Source: a virus (Duplodnaviria; Caudoviricetes). Taken from it: a stretch of 35,421 bases of DNA. This document shows, one piece after another, positions 1-8,751 of this stretch. The DNA lies in the IMG/VR virus record IMGVR_UViG_3300032373_000065, positions 1 to 35,421 of that record; one strand, 5' to 3'. The position numbers were made by a program, and so were the translations under genes. A model generated the notes under the pieces. That model made no database searches. It was given only the letters and a program-made list of their open reading frames with translations, and was not told the origin of the DNA. Each line of letters begins with the position of its first letter. Positions within the stretch are counted from its first letter, which is position 1.

Positions 1-6
1 CCTCAT

Positions 7-975
7 ATGCCAACTATACGAAAACGAGGAAAACGCTGGAGAGCAGAAGTAGCTAAAAACGGTGTGAGAAAATCCGGCTCTTTTAGCACAAAGCGAGAAG
101 CTCAAGAATGGGCTTATGAAGTTGAAGATAATATAGACGATCTGAAATCAGGCATTCACTATTTGCATGAAGCTATAATTAGATACTCTGATGAAGAAAG
201 CCCAAAACACAAAGGCAAGCGATGGGAGCAGATAAAGCTTAATAAGTTGCTCTCTGAAATACCAGACAGGCCATTAAGTGAGTTAGCTAGTGATGATGTA
301 GTTAAATGGAGAAACGAGCGGTTAAAGCACGTATCTGAAAGCTCTGTAAGGCGTGAAATGGGGATATTTAATCAAGTATTAAACACAGCTGTTAAGGAAT
401 GGGGCTGGCTGGCTGTTAACCCATCAGAAGGCGTTAAGCGACCGCAAGAGCATAGAGCAAGGCAAAGGCTTATATCTCAAAAAGAAATAAACGCTATCAC
501 GCTTAATTTAGGTTTCACGATGGAAACCGATGTAACAATGAAAAAACAGGAAATCGCTATTATATTTTTAATCGCTATTGAAACGGCTATGAGGTCAGGG
601 GAGATCACGTCATTAACTTGGAACCAGGTGGATTTAAAAAGGCGTGTAGTGTCACTGGATAAAACTAAGAACGGGGACAAAAGAGACGTGCCGCTAAGTA
701 TTCAAGCTGTTAAATTATTCAAGAAATTACCGACTAAAAAAGGGCCGTGTTTTACCGTTGCCAGTAATTCGTTTTCTACTATGTTTAGAAAGGCCAGAGA
801 TAGAGCGAATATTAAAGATTTACATTTTCACGATTCACGGGCTGAAGCATTAACCCGATTGTCTAAGAAGCTGGATATTTTAGAGCTTGCTCGGATGGTG
901 GGCCACAGAGACCCCAGGTCATTAATGATTTACTACAGAGAAACCGCTGAAGAAATAGCTAAGAAATTGGATTAA
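7..975 (+). CDS. int: Tyrosine integrase
   Basis: Catalytic motifs ETAMRSGE, KTKNG, FHDSR, VGHRD...MIYY; N-terminal arm-binding-like segment. Confidence 0.95.
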   Translation: MPTIRKRGKRWRAEVAKNGVRKSGSFSTKREAQEWAYEVEDNIDDLKSGIHYLHEAIIRYSDEESPKHKGKRWEQIKLNKLLSEIPDRPLSELASDDVVKWRNERLKHVSESSVRREMGIFNQVLNTAVKEWGWLAVNPSEGVKRPQEHRARQRLISQKEINAITLNLGFTMETDVTMKKQEIAIIFLIAIETAMRSGEITSLTWNQVDLKRRVVSLDKTKNGDKRDVPLSIQAVKLFKKLPTKKGPCFTVASNSFSTMFRKARDRANIKDLHFHDSRAEALTRLSKKLDILELARMVGHRDPRSLMIYYRETAEEIAKKLD

Positions 976-1148
976 GCTGCTTTTCTATTCTTAATAAAAA
1001 AATTCATTACTTCTGATTCATCCCATAAAGCCCCTTTGCCTGGAACTATAGGGCGAGGGAATCCTGTCTGCTTTACTATCCGCTCAAGCGTGTTTCGCCT
1101 TGTTTTTTTTATCAGCTTCGCTATATCGTCAACGTTTATTAGCTTCAT
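972..1148 (-). CDS. xis: Excisionase / AlpA-like DNA-binding protein (58 aa, not in ORF track)
   Basis: MKLINVDDIAKLIKKTRRNTLERIVKQTGFPRPIVPGKGALWDESEVMNF...; GFPRP...W signature; GAGGT RBS; converges on int. Confidence 0.8.
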   Translation of the reverse strand: MKLINVDDIAKLIKKTRRNTLERIVKQTGFPRPIVPGKGALWDESEVMNFFIKNRKAA

Positions 1149-1165
1149 ATCTACCTCTTAGCCTG

Positions 1166-1609
1166 CTATGGTTGGTCTAGGTTTTTTAAATAGTTGTAAG
1201 CTTTATGATATTTTTCAATTCTATCTAAGTCTTTTTTGCGAATGCCTTTCATCCTGGTGACGTCTGAGTTATGCCTTAAGTCTTGTAACTTAACTAAAAT
1301 TGCGTCTTTATTTGTACTCACTCTTCCAATATAGTCCCCATACTCTTCATTTTGTTTATGTGTTAGTTTCATTAACGCATTAATTACACGAGATGAAAAA
1401 CCAGCGTCTTTTAAATTACAAAACGTCCAGCTTGTATCTTCTACAAGATCATGCAATACAGCAATTATCATTAACTCTTCATCGTTCATGTATTTCATTT
1501 TGTTCATCACATGCAGGCAGTGGAGAATATAAGGCTTACCGCCTTTATCAGTTGTTTTTTTAAATGCCTCTGATGTTATCGCTATAGCTGTGCCTAAGTC
1601 GCTCATCAC
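1166..1609 (-). CDS. Stand-alone RelA/SpoT-type HD-domain hydrolase
   Basis: PYILH, VLHDLVEDT and VKLQDLRHN motifs. Confidence 0.8.
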   Translation of the reverse strand: MMSDLGTAIAITSEAFKKTTDKGGKPYILHCLHVMNKMKYMNDEELMIIAVLHDLVEDTSWTFCNLKDAGFSSRVINALMKLTHKQNEEYGDYIGRVSTNKDAILVKLQDLRHNSDVTRMKGIRKKDLDRIEKYHKAYNYLKNLDQP

Positions 1610-1935
1610 TCCCCCTCGCGGCTAGCTGATAGGATCATCTGCATTAAGTTAACTATTATTTTCGGATGTATTTCAAAAACCTTTGCATTTGCTCTAAACT
1701 TCTTTGAACAAACTTCCCGCTGCTCCCTGCAAGCCTGTTCAACTGCTTCCGCTATTCGCTGGTCTAGTTCTGGCTTTGTGAATATTTGCATTACTTCTGA
1801 TTGAACAGGGTGAAGATGTTCCAGAGCCTTAAGTGATGACTCTTTAATAAAGTCTAATACTTCATCAGGTAGCGAGTGGTTGTGCTTCCTTAAAAATACC
1901 CAGGCTTCTACTATGTCTTTTTCTTTAATCATCAC
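1606..1935 (-). CDS. Hypothetical early protein
   Basis: ORF with overlapping stop/start junctions and GAGGTG RBS. Confidence 0.6.
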   Translation of the reverse strand: MMIKEKDIVEAWVFLRKHNHSLPDEVLDFIKESSLKALEHLHPVQSEVMQIFTKPELDQRIAEAVEQACREQREVCSKKFRANAKVFEIHPKIIVNLMQMILSASREGE

Positions 1936-2099
1936 TTCACCTCTATTGGGTAGTAGCTGTTACAAATAACAATACCGTCAAATGTTTTTCTTTGCTCAAA
2001 TTTAGCGTAACTCTGATAGTCTTTTGGTTTTGCTTTAAACCTGTAACAATTTTCTCTAAACGTGCATTTATTGTTGGTACACATGGTTATATCAGGCAT
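1932..2099 (-). CDS. Small Cys-containing phage protein (55 aa, not in ORF track)
   Basis: MPDITMCTNNKCTFRENCYRFKAKP...; fills the gap with coupled junctions. Confidence 0.65.
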   Translation of the reverse strand: MPDITMCTNNKCTFRENCYRFKAKPKDYQSYAKFEQRKTFDGIVICNSYYPIEVK

Positions 2100-2374
2100 C
2101 ACTTCACACCTCTAATAATCTTTTCAACATCACTTAATTTAACGTAAACCTCAAAGCCGTCACCTGGCAAGAGTAAATCAAGATTATTCATTTCCTGAAT
2201 CAAAGCCTCTTTGTCTGTTAAGTTTAGTAAAATTCTTTCTACTTCTGATTCATGACAAGATGAGCAATAAGGCCCTGACAGATTGTCAGATGTTTCTATA
2301 TGTAGAGAATCTTCACCAGCTCCAGCGTTACCAGTAGCCTCGTCGCACTCACAGCAATATTCTAATTCACTCAT
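2099..2374 (-). CDS. Hypothetical Zn-ribbon-like protein
   Basis: CCEC...CSSC pairs; coupled to neighbours. Confidence 0.6.
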   Translation of the reverse strand: MSELEYCCECDEATGNAGAGEDSLHIETSDNLSGPYCSSCHESEVERILLNLTDKEALIQEMNNLDLLLPGDGFEVYVKLSDVEKIIRGVK

Positions 2375-2610
2375 GCATCACCTATTCGCTGTTTTAAATA
2401 TTTGAATACACGCTCAACCATCCGATATGATTTATCTGTTGATTCCCAATCTGCCTGCAAAGCTTTTTCGGCATATTCCAATAACTCTAACTGCTTTTGT
2501 TTAAGTTCTGATTCTGCATGAATCCCCATTACTTCTAAGGCTGAAGAGTGTGAGTTACACCCGTGGCCATAAGGGATTAATTGATTGCAACACGGGCATG
2601 TACTACTCAT
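2371..2610 (-). CDS. Hypothetical early protein
   Basis: ATGA-coupled ORF. Confidence 0.55.
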   Translation of the reverse strand: MSSTCPCCNQLIPYGHGCNSHSSALEVMGIHAESELKQKQLELLEYAEKALQADWESTDKSYRMVERVFKYLKQRIGDA

Positions 2611-3029
2611 AACAAATCCTTAAATGTTTTCGCTGTTATCCATACAGCATCATCCATTGCTCTATTGTATTTTTTACTTTCAATATCATCCTTAGTGCTT
2701 TTCCATTCGTTCATTTCATCAATCAACCGCTTCTCAAGCTCTTGTAACTGGGCTTTGTGTTTATCCTGATCTTCTTTACGAGCCTGATTAATAAGCGTTA
2801 CTGACATCTGTTTGCTTATGCTGTTATCTGCTAGGATGTATTTAACAGACCCTTCCGTATAGTTTTTCCACCAGTTCCCCCATAGTCCTCTATCAGAATT
2901 TTCAGATTTTGTCGCATAAATAACTCCATGAAATCCTTCGTGTTTCCTTAATAATAATCTTCCTCGTTCAATAACATCATGAACATCTTTTAGTTTCTCT
3001 GGCATAACCTCTGGCATATCTTTTTTCAC
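2607..3029 (-). CDS. Hypothetical early protein
   Basis: GTG start with GGAGAG RBS; coiled-coil C-terminus. Confidence 0.55.
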   Translation of the reverse strand: MKKDMPEVMPEKLKDVHDVIERGRLLLRKHEGFHGVIYATKSENSDRGLWGNWWKNYTEGSVKYILADNSISKQMSVTLINQARKEDQDKHKAQLQELEKRLIDEMNEWKSTKDDIESKKYNRAMDDAVWITAKTFKDLL

Positions 3030-3050
3030 TTCACTCTCCGTTGTTATTTG

Positions 3051-3290
3051 TTAAACCCATCGACTATAACTTAACTGAAACCATGCAAACCTAATGTACC
3101 AAATAGTATCCCCATCCTTTTTAGCCTGTTCAGAAATATGACAATTATTTGTAATACTTGGCCGCCAAAAACTAAACGGGGAAATAGATAAACTAATCCT
3201 TATCGCTCTAAGTGGGTAAGGGACGTAACGACTAAGCCCTAACCATTTAGGGCCATACGTTTTTAATAGTTTCACAATCATCTCTCCCAT
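3051..3290 (-). CDS. Hypothetical protein
   Basis: ORF in operon; real start may be 3281. Confidence 0.5.
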   Translation of the reverse strand: MGEMIVKLLKTYGPKWLGLSRYVPYPLRAIRISLSISPFSFWRPSITNNCHISEQAKKDGDTIWYIRFAWFQLSYSRWV

Positions 3291-3487
3291 TTCTCACAAC
3301 TATGATCATCATCCACATACACACTAAGCTGGTTTAATGTACAGTGAGAGTTAAGCTTGTTTCTGTAGCCGCATGTTTTGCAGGTTTCATATGCTGTTTT
3401 TGCCTTATCCCATGCAAAACTATGTGATGGAGATAGTTCGTTATTTTTGCAATAATCCATCATCCAATTCCATTGCTTAACCTTCAT
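3278..3487 (-). CDS. Hypothetical Cys-rich protein (start MKVKQW)
   Basis: ATG at 3487 overlaps the upstream TGA; CKTC...C...C. Confidence 0.55.
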   Translation of the reverse strand: MKVKQWNWMMDYCKNNELSPSHSFAWDKAKTAYETCKTCGYRNKLNSHCTLNQLSVYVDDDHSCEKWER

Positions 3488-3666
3488 ACCTTGTCGCCTC
3501 GATAAAGAACAGAGGGCCAATAGTTATCATCTTGCTTTACTTCATTTATTAATTTATAACCATTGCTTATCATCCTAGCTTCAATGTAATCTCTGACTAT
3601 TTGTTCAGCTTGTTCGCTAGACACTTCGATCTTGCATTGTTCGATTAATTCTGATGGCTCACTCAT
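3484..3666 (-). CDS. Hypothetical protein
   Basis: GAGGT RBS; coupled junctions. Confidence 0.55.
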   Translation of the reverse strand: MSEPSELIEQCKIEVSSEQAEQIVRDYIEARMISNGYKLINEVKQDDNYWPSVLYRGDKV

Positions 3667-3779
3667 ACCTCACTCCAGTTAAACCACTTAAAATTGCCTT
3701 TAGTAGCAAAGAACGGCTGCATTAAAATTTTAGATATAGCTATTTGCTTTCTACTCATTTTTACTTTTCTGATTCTCAT
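3663..3779 (-). CDS. Small basic protein (38 aa, not in ORF track)
   Basis: MRIRKVKMSRKQIAISK...; ATGA overlaps at both ends. Confidence 0.5.
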   Translation of the reverse strand: MRIRKVKMSRKQIAISKILMQPFFATKGNFKWFNWSEV

Positions 3780-4102
3780 ACCTCACCCCTCAATACCTGT
3801 TTAATACATTTGATAATAGCTGTACGGCGGTCTTTATCATAAACCATATGTATTCTACTAAAGGTTTCTGTATCAACTTGACAGCACACCCATGCCGGAG
3901 TTACTACAGTAGAATGCGAATATTCAATATCAATCTTCATCTTCTCAATCATGTCATTCAACTGAGTATCGTTATTAATAATGTCAAGAGGTGTCTTGTT
4001 ATCAATATAATAATTGCCTGAATAATCGGTTAACTCCCAGCCCATATACTCAGCACAAGCTAAATTAAATTCCTTAGCTTCTTCATCTGTCATGTTATTC
4101 AT
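3776..4102 (-). CDS. Hypothetical early protein (NinX-like layout)
   Basis: FNLACAEYMGW N-terminus and TAIIKC C-terminus resemble the NinX pattern. Confidence 0.5.
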   Translation of the reverse strand: MNNMTDEEAKEFNLACAEYMGWELTDYSGNYYIDNKTPLDIINNDTQLNDMIEKMKIDIEYSHSTVVTPAWVCCQVDTETFSRIHMVYDKDRRTAIIKCIKQVLRGEV

Positions 4103-4352
4103 TGGGTTTGTCCGTTATATTCTCTATATAATTAAATCCTTTCTGACGATAATACTTGCCTTCACCACCTAACCTATCAATCTCTTTGCCTGCCATAGAG
4201 AGAGATAACGAAAAATCATTAACCGTTTCCTTTAAATTTATTAACTGGCGTTCTAACCTCGCAGACTCTAGCGTTAAGAAATGATTCTTATCTCTAGTAC
4301 AAGCTAGATCATTTTCTAGCATAGCTATCATATTTTTTTCATTCACACCCAC
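4095..4352 (-). CDS. Hypothetical coiled-coil protein
   Basis: ORF in operon. Confidence 0.5.
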   Translation of the reverse strand: MGVNEKNMIAMLENDLACTRDKNHFLTLESARLERQLINLKETVNDFSLSLSMAGKEIDRLGGEGKYYRQKGFNYIENITDKPNE

Positions 4353-4422
4353 ACCTCATAAATAATAATTGAAAGTAAACCCATCACTTATCCTCTATTG
4401 TTAAACAGTCTTTAATGGCTTG

Positions 4423-4821
4423 TTAAGAAATAACCTCATAAAAATCATCGTCGCCACCAACAAACTTTAATTTAATTTCTTTTATGTTTTTTATACCCCA
4501 AAATCTAGGGTGTAAATTATATTTATTAGCCCAGCTATCTACTGCTTGATTCACCGTGCTTTCAAGCTCGTCTTGCTGTTTTTTATTACAATCAGGCCAG
4601 TCTATAGCGTGTTCGCCAACCTCGTCATAAGCACGCTCACCCATGTCTTCAGTCATTTCTCTAACAAAGCTAGACGCGCTAAATTTAACGGCTTCGCCTG
4701 AATGAATAACTCTAATATCGCCTACCTTTACATCTACATAATCAAACACGCTGTCAGCCGCTTCTCGCATATCTTCTGTATTGAAAATTTCTTCATCTGT
4801 ACTGTAATAAATATCTGGCAT
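4423..4821 (-). CDS. Acidic hypothetical phage protein
   Basis: GAGGA RBS; 132 aa. Confidence 0.65.
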   Translation of the reverse strand: MPDIYYSTDEEIFNTEDMREAADSVFDYVDVKVGDIRVIHSGEAVKFSASSFVREMTEDMGERAYDEVGEHAIDWPDCNKKQQDELESTVNQAVDSWANKYNLHPRFWGIKNIKEIKLKFVGGDDDFYEVIS

Positions 4822-4862
4822 AGTCTTATCCTCATCTTCATTCTATTGTCCGGTTAATGGGG

Positions 4863-5036
4863 TTAAACTAAGCAATCATTTTCCCAGTCTTTAATATCTT
4901 TCTTTAATCGGTTGTTTTCTTTTTCTAGCTCAATAATTCTAGTGCTCATTTTCTCAATACTGCATTGTCTCCATTCGCCATTAGGCTTTGACTGAAACAT
5001 AAGAACGCCGTTTATTAATTTTTCTTTGTAGTACAT
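4863..5036 (-). CDS. Small hypothetical protein (57 aa, not in ORF track)
   Basis: MYYKEKLINGVLMFQSKPNGEW...; GAGGA RBS. Confidence 0.6.
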   Translation of the reverse strand: MYYKEKLINGVLMFQSKPNGEWRQCSIEKMSTRIIELEKENNRLKKDIKDWENDCLV

Positions 5037-5058
5037 TCTCTATTCCTCTGGTTATGGG

Positions 5059-5316
5059 TTACTGGCTAAATTCTTTATGCTGATATGTGCAAATACTTTC
5101 TACTGGGCATTCATCACACACTTCTGGATTGTTTATATCGTTTTGAATGCATCCATAAGAAGCCAGATAATTAAGGCCTTCAATCTTAATCTGTTTCCAA
5201 GTCGCAACCTCCTTGCATAGTGCATTAATAGTTTCCTCGGGTCTTAATTTAGCTTGCTTAGAAGCTTGTTTTAAATTGTCGTATTCTTCTTCTGTTAAGA
5301 TATATTCCATAACCAT
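5059..5316 (-). CDS. Cys-rich hypothetical protein
   Basis: GC...CDECPVESIC. Confidence 0.6.
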   Translation of the reverse strand: MVMEYILTEEEYDNLKQASKQAKLRPEETINALCKEVATWKQIKIEGLNYLASYGCIQNDINNPEVCDECPVESICTYQHKEFSQ

Positions 5317-5319
5317 CCC

Positions 5320-5397
5320 TCACCAATAAACAATAACCACTGGCGCACATACGGCCAGTAGGCCTAAATAAATCGATAGCTCAATTACAAGCTGCAT
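5320..5397 (-). CDS. 25-aa hydrophobic peptide
   Basis: MQLVIELSIYLGLLAVCAPVVIVYW; starts directly after the upstream stop. Confidence 0.35.
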   Translation of the reverse strand: MQLVIELSIYLGLLAVCAPVVIVYW

Positions 5398-5706
5398 TTA
5401 CCCGCACTGCATAACAAGACGTGAATAAATAAATCTGTCATTTATTTTTGATTCTGTTTTATTCTTACCAAACTTGTAATAAATTAATCCGTATCTACCT
5501 ATTCGACCCGTTTTGTGTATTACGCCTTTTGCGTACAAAACCCTTAAAAAATCTGATGCTCTGTTTTTTGATACGTCACATTTGCTCGATATATAGTTAG
5601 AATTAAACTCGCAAGTTATGCTTGATATAAGCGCATACATTTTGTCTGTCTGACACTTGCCAGCCTTTATAAAGCTATTGCCTGCTTTTCTTCTATACAT
5701 GCTCAT
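5398..5706 (-). CDS. Putative winged-HTH DNA-binding protein
   Basis: ISSKCDVSKNRASDFLRVLYAKGVI HTH-like segment. Confidence 0.55.
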   Translation of the reverse strand: MSMYRRKAGNSFIKAGKCQTDKMYALISSITCEFNSNYISSKCDVSKNRASDFLRVLYAKGVIHKTGRIGRYGLIYYKFGKNKTESKINDRFIYSRLVMQCG

Positions 5707-5714
5707 AATCTCTT

Positions 5715-5746
5715 AAAAAGAGCCGCCCAATTGGGGGTAGGGCGGC
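5715..5746 (-). terminator. Intrinsic terminator after exonuclease
   Basis: GCCGCCC/GGGCGGC stem followed by TCTTTTT on the minus strand. Confidence 0.55.
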
Positions 5747-5773
5747 AATACGTGCGGAGTCATTGCACTCGGT

Positions 5774-6397
5774 TTAAAGATCGTTTAGTTTGTCGATCTT
5801 TGCATTCATTTCTTTTCTAAATGAATTAATTTCGGTTGTTATTTCTGATATAAAATCTTCATCACGTTCAACCCGTTTAATCCAAATATTTAGATCGTCC
5901 GGCATACGGGGGTCAAAACTTACAAAGTCACACCACTGGCGATTAGTGCAGGCCATTTGCCACTGCATTTGAGTTATGTATTTATTCGGCACTTTCTTTT
6001 TAAGAAGCGTATCAATGTGTGTTGCCGTGTTGGGGCATTTGATTTCTACAAGACCATCATCACTAATAATTCCATCAGGCGAAGCGCCTGCCATAATGAC
6101 CGTTGGATGATCTACAAAACCAATCTCTAGTACTTCGCTATCTGTTAGGAATTGATAAGCGTTACGGGCTTGAGGCTCAGTCTCTGTGCCCCATTGCATG
6201 GCGGCACTACTAAAACTATCAGCTTTGTTTCCTGTTAAGGTTTCAGCGATTAATTGAGCCATGTAATTAGCTCTTGATGCTGAATAACCTGATTTAGTTT
6301 TAGCGATTACATCAGCAACGCGAGAGGCGGTAATTTTTCCTAACCTGGCATTAAACCAATCATCAGAGCCTTGTATTATTTCTGCTGAATTTTCCAT
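5774..6397 (-). CDS. Lambda-exonuclease / YqaJ family exonuclease
   Basis: QGSDDWFNARLGKITAS, GASPDG, VEIKCP, YITQMQWQM. Confidence 0.93.
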   Translation of the reverse strand: MENSAEIIQGSDDWFNARLGKITASRVADVIAKTKSGYSASRANYMAQLIAETLTGNKADSFSSAAMQWGTETEPQARNAYQFLTDSEVLEIGFVDHPTVIMAGASPDGIISDDGLVEIKCPNTATHIDTLLKKKVPNKYITQMQWQMACTNRQWCDFVSFDPRMPDDLNIWIKRVERDEDFISEITTEINSFRKEMNAKIDKLNDL

Positions 6398-7110
6398 TAT
6401 TTGCCTCGCTTCATTTCTAGCAATTTAATAGCACGGCTGTATTCTGTATCTCGGATTGTTTCAATAGATTTAACCTGTAGATATTTAAAGAAGTTCGGCA
6501 TATTTGCGTTTACCTCGTCGGCTAAAGCTTGAATATTTGCGGCCTGTTCATCAGAAATGTATTTAATAGGATTCTGAATGTTTCCATCCGTGTCCATATC
6601 GCTAGAAGCCAGCCCTAAAATTGCAAACAAGGTGTAACGTTCTAAATACGAGATAGTTGAGCCAATAGCTTGAATGCTATTTTTACTCCCGCTTGTCTCT
6701 GCTGCTGCTGATAATGATGTGCTTTCAGCATGTCCATCTATGTGGGTTACTGTGCAAATCACTTTTGTTTCTTTGTCGATTTGCTCTGTTTTCCATGAGT
6801 GTGACAACCCGTGATCTGATAGAGTCATTTTGATTTGCTGGATGGTTTCAGCTAGGCCAGCGTATTTGCAGTTATGACCCTTGCGAGTTTTAGATATATC
6901 TGGACAATCTTCACGAAACTTTGTCATTGCAGAAATGTAAGATTTTTTAGCTTGTCCGGCCTCCCATCTTTCCTGTAAATCCATTAGTTTTTGCATCTTA
7001 TCTAAATCAGCGCCTTGCTCCATTGCCGTTTGAAGCATTGCCATAGGTGTAACTTCTTGCTTTGCAAGAACGGTGCTATTTTCATTCTTTACTAAATTTT
7101 TCGCTTCCAT
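6397..7110 (-). CDS. erf: ERF-family single-strand annealing protein
   Basis: KYAGL, THIDGHAES, QAIGSTISYLERYTL; adjacent to exonuclease. Confidence 0.88.
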   Translation of the reverse strand: MEAKNLVKNENSTVLAKQEVTPMAMLQTAMEQGADLDKMQKLMDLQERWEAGQAKKSYISAMTKFREDCPDISKTRKGHNCKYAGLAETIQQIKMTLSDHGLSHSWKTEQIDKETKVICTVTHIDGHAESTSLSAAAETSGSKNSIQAIGSTISYLERYTLFAILGLASSDMDTDGNIQNPIKYISDEQAANIQALADEVNANMPNFFKYLQVKSIETIRDTEYSRAIKLLEMKRGK

Positions 7111-7124
7111 CTTCTCGACTCCAA

Positions 7125-7280
7125 TTAAATTTGCGGATTTTTCTCAAACAAAAACTTAAACAAGCTTTTGCGCGGCTTACGTGTTGCCATTGGTTTAGTT
7201 GCTCCGGCCATAAAGCAACCTAAAAGGTAAACAAACAGCAGGTAAGCGAAGGGTAAAATTGTTAGTAGTGCGTCTTTCAT
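7125..7280 (-). CDS. Small membrane protein (51 aa, not in ORF track)
   Basis: MKDALLTILPFAYLLFVYLLGCFMAGA... single TM; GAGGT RBS. Confidence 0.55.
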   Translation of the reverse strand: MKDALLTILPFAYLLFVYLLGCFMAGATKPMATRKPRKSLFKFLFEKNPQI

Positions 7281-7594
7281 TACTTGATTACCTCTATGAA
7301 TTCTTTAGCTATGTATTTGTAATGTGATTCATCACCAGAATGGGCATTAAAAGCAGTTTCACTTAATCTGTATGCATAAGGCTGTATATCTTCATTCTTT
7401 AGGCAATTCACATAAATAACCTCTGGCTCTGGCTTTATGCGGTATTCATAATGATCGCTAAATTCATAAACTGATTCTGCGTCCCCACAAGCAGACCAGT
7501 CTTCATGCGTGCCAATTTCTCTAAATTGAATAAATTTGCCTTCACCAAATGCCTGAATAATCGGTGCTAACTCTTTAGCTCTTTCTCTGTTCGT
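7280..7594 (-). pseudogene. 104-codon phage gene with ACG in place of ATG (non-canonical start, lesion or base-call error)
   Basis: (M)NRERAKELAPIIQAFGEGKFIQ...YRIKPEP; GGGGG SD upstream; no ATG/GTG/TTG between the in-frame upstream TAG and the ACG. Confidence 0.65.
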
Positions 7595-7764
7595 GATTTC
7601 GCCCCCATTGCAGCCAAATCCTTGCTAGTACCTTCAAACTTTGTAACGTCATTGTTTGATCTAAACGACTTTAACCACTCAATTCCATTGTGATAAAAAG
7701 CAAAGTGATTACGGCCTATTTTGTAAAATAAACCGTCTATTAAATATTCTGCTCCGATTGGCAT
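7567..7764 (-). CDS. Hypothetical early protein (C-terminus probably extended by loss of a TGA)
   Basis: GGGAGG RBS; see the ACGA finding. Confidence 0.55.
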   Translation of the reverse strand: MPIGAEYLIDGLFYKIGRNHFAFYHNGIEWLKSFRSNNDVTKFEGTSKDLAAMGAKSRTEKELKS

Positions 7765-7766
7765 TC

Positions 7767-8099
7767 CTAACCCTCCCGATTAAGTGAGATATAAGAAACA
7801 AGGCCGGCGTTATGAATCTTTTTAAATAATCGGCCAATTTCTAGCTCATCATTTGAGTTAATCGCCATTTTCATAAGCTGATAAAATTCCGTTTCGTTTT
7901 CATCCATTACAAAGTCAGTCATTAATGACCAAAGCTCATTAGTGCTAGAGCAAAGCTTGTCTAAAACTTCTTGATCTGCATCAACTGTGTATTTTGTTTC
8001 GTCCTGATAATCGCTTTTGATTTGGTCGCGGTACAACTCAGGATATAAGCTAAGTTCTTGCAGATTTTTCTTAATATCTACGCTGTTGAATATTTCCAT
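7767..8099 (-). CDS. First gene of the PL operon, hypothetical
   Basis: AGGAG RBS; directly downstream of PL. Confidence 0.65.
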   Translation of the reverse strand: MEIFNSVDIKKNLQELSLYPELYRDQIKSDYQDETKYTVDADQEVLDKLCSSTNELWSLMTDFVMDENETEFYQLMKMAINSNDELEIGRLFKKIHNAGLVSYISLNREG

Positions 8100-8142
8100 T
8101 TCTGACTCCTGCTGTTTTTGTGTTTTGCTTTAACTTGAGATA

Positions 8143-8188
8143 AGTATAACCAATAGTTGGATTCGTGTCTATAACCAATAGTTGGATT
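8143..8188 (-). promoter_or_regulatory. PL promoter with two OL operators
   Basis: -35 TAGACA (8171-8166), 17 bp spacer, -10 TATACT (8148-8143); exact 19-bp repeat TATAACCAATAGTTGGATT at 8145 and 8170. Confidence 0.85.
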
Positions 8189-8255
8189 TATTGAAATAAT
8201 TTAACAATTGGTTAGTTTTCAGGTGGTTAGAAATGAATTTATTTTTGTTTCAGGC

Positions 8256-8280
8256 AATAAAAAGCCCCATTGATAGGGGC
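8256..8280 (-). terminator. Terminator downstream of cI
   Basis: GCCCC-TATCAAT-GGGGC followed by TTTTTATT on the minus strand. Confidence 0.7.
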
Positions 8281-8322
8281 GTGTTTTTGATTAAATCAAT
8301 TAATGACCGCTTTAAGATAGCA

Positions 8323-8676
8323 TTAATTAGCCTTTGTATTTTCTTCAGTTGTGTACTCTGGCGCGGCGGCCTCTGCTGTACCTGTAATTATGCGTTTTGC
8401 TGAGTTGCTTGACTCTCTATATAGCTCTATAAGCCGTATTTCTTCTGCTGTAAAAGGCTCTCTACCGTTGATTAGCCAGTCAATAGACACGTTCAATAAT
8501 GTGGCTATCTTAGCCAGGGTGTCGGTGCTTGGTAGTTTTTCGCCATTCCTATAGTTATAAACCATAGTACTGCTAACACCCAGTATCTTGCCTAAAGCAA
8601 CGGCTGGCTTTGGCATATCAGCATCTATACATGCTTTTTTAAAGCGTTCTGCAAATTCTAAATATCTCATTTTCAT
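8323..8676 (-). CDS. cI: CI-like XRE/HTH repressor without a peptidase S24 domain (start may be 8670)
   Basis: LGKILGVSSTMVYNYRNGEKLP...VSIDWLING; divergent from cro and flanked by operators. Confidence 0.85.
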   Translation of the reverse strand: MKMRYLEFAERFKKACIDADMPKPAVALGKILGVSSTMVYNYRNGEKLPSTDTLAKIATLLNVSIDWLINGREPFTAEEIRLIELYRESSNSAKRIITGTAEAAAPEYTTEENTKAN

Positions 8677-8751
8677 ATTATGAACTCAATGAATCCAACA
8701 TTTAGTTGGAATTGCGCTTGCATTAATCCAACCAATAGTTATAATCAAATC
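8677..8751. promoter_or_regulatory. OR region: operators plus divergent PR and PRM
   Basis: TCCAAC-ATTTA-GTTGGA (8694-8710) and TCCAAC-CAATA-GTTATA (8727-8743); PR TTGCAT (8718) and TATAAT (8740); PRM -10 CATAAT (8682-8677). Confidence 0.8.

Noticed and set aside
8145-8188. 19-bp direct repeat as a mini CRISPR array
   Set aside because: Only two copies with a 6-bp spacer; they overlap PL and match the OR palindromes, so they are operators
8680-8751. N-terminal extension of Cro in the ORF track
   Set aside because: Runs through the operators and PR; real start is more likely 8752
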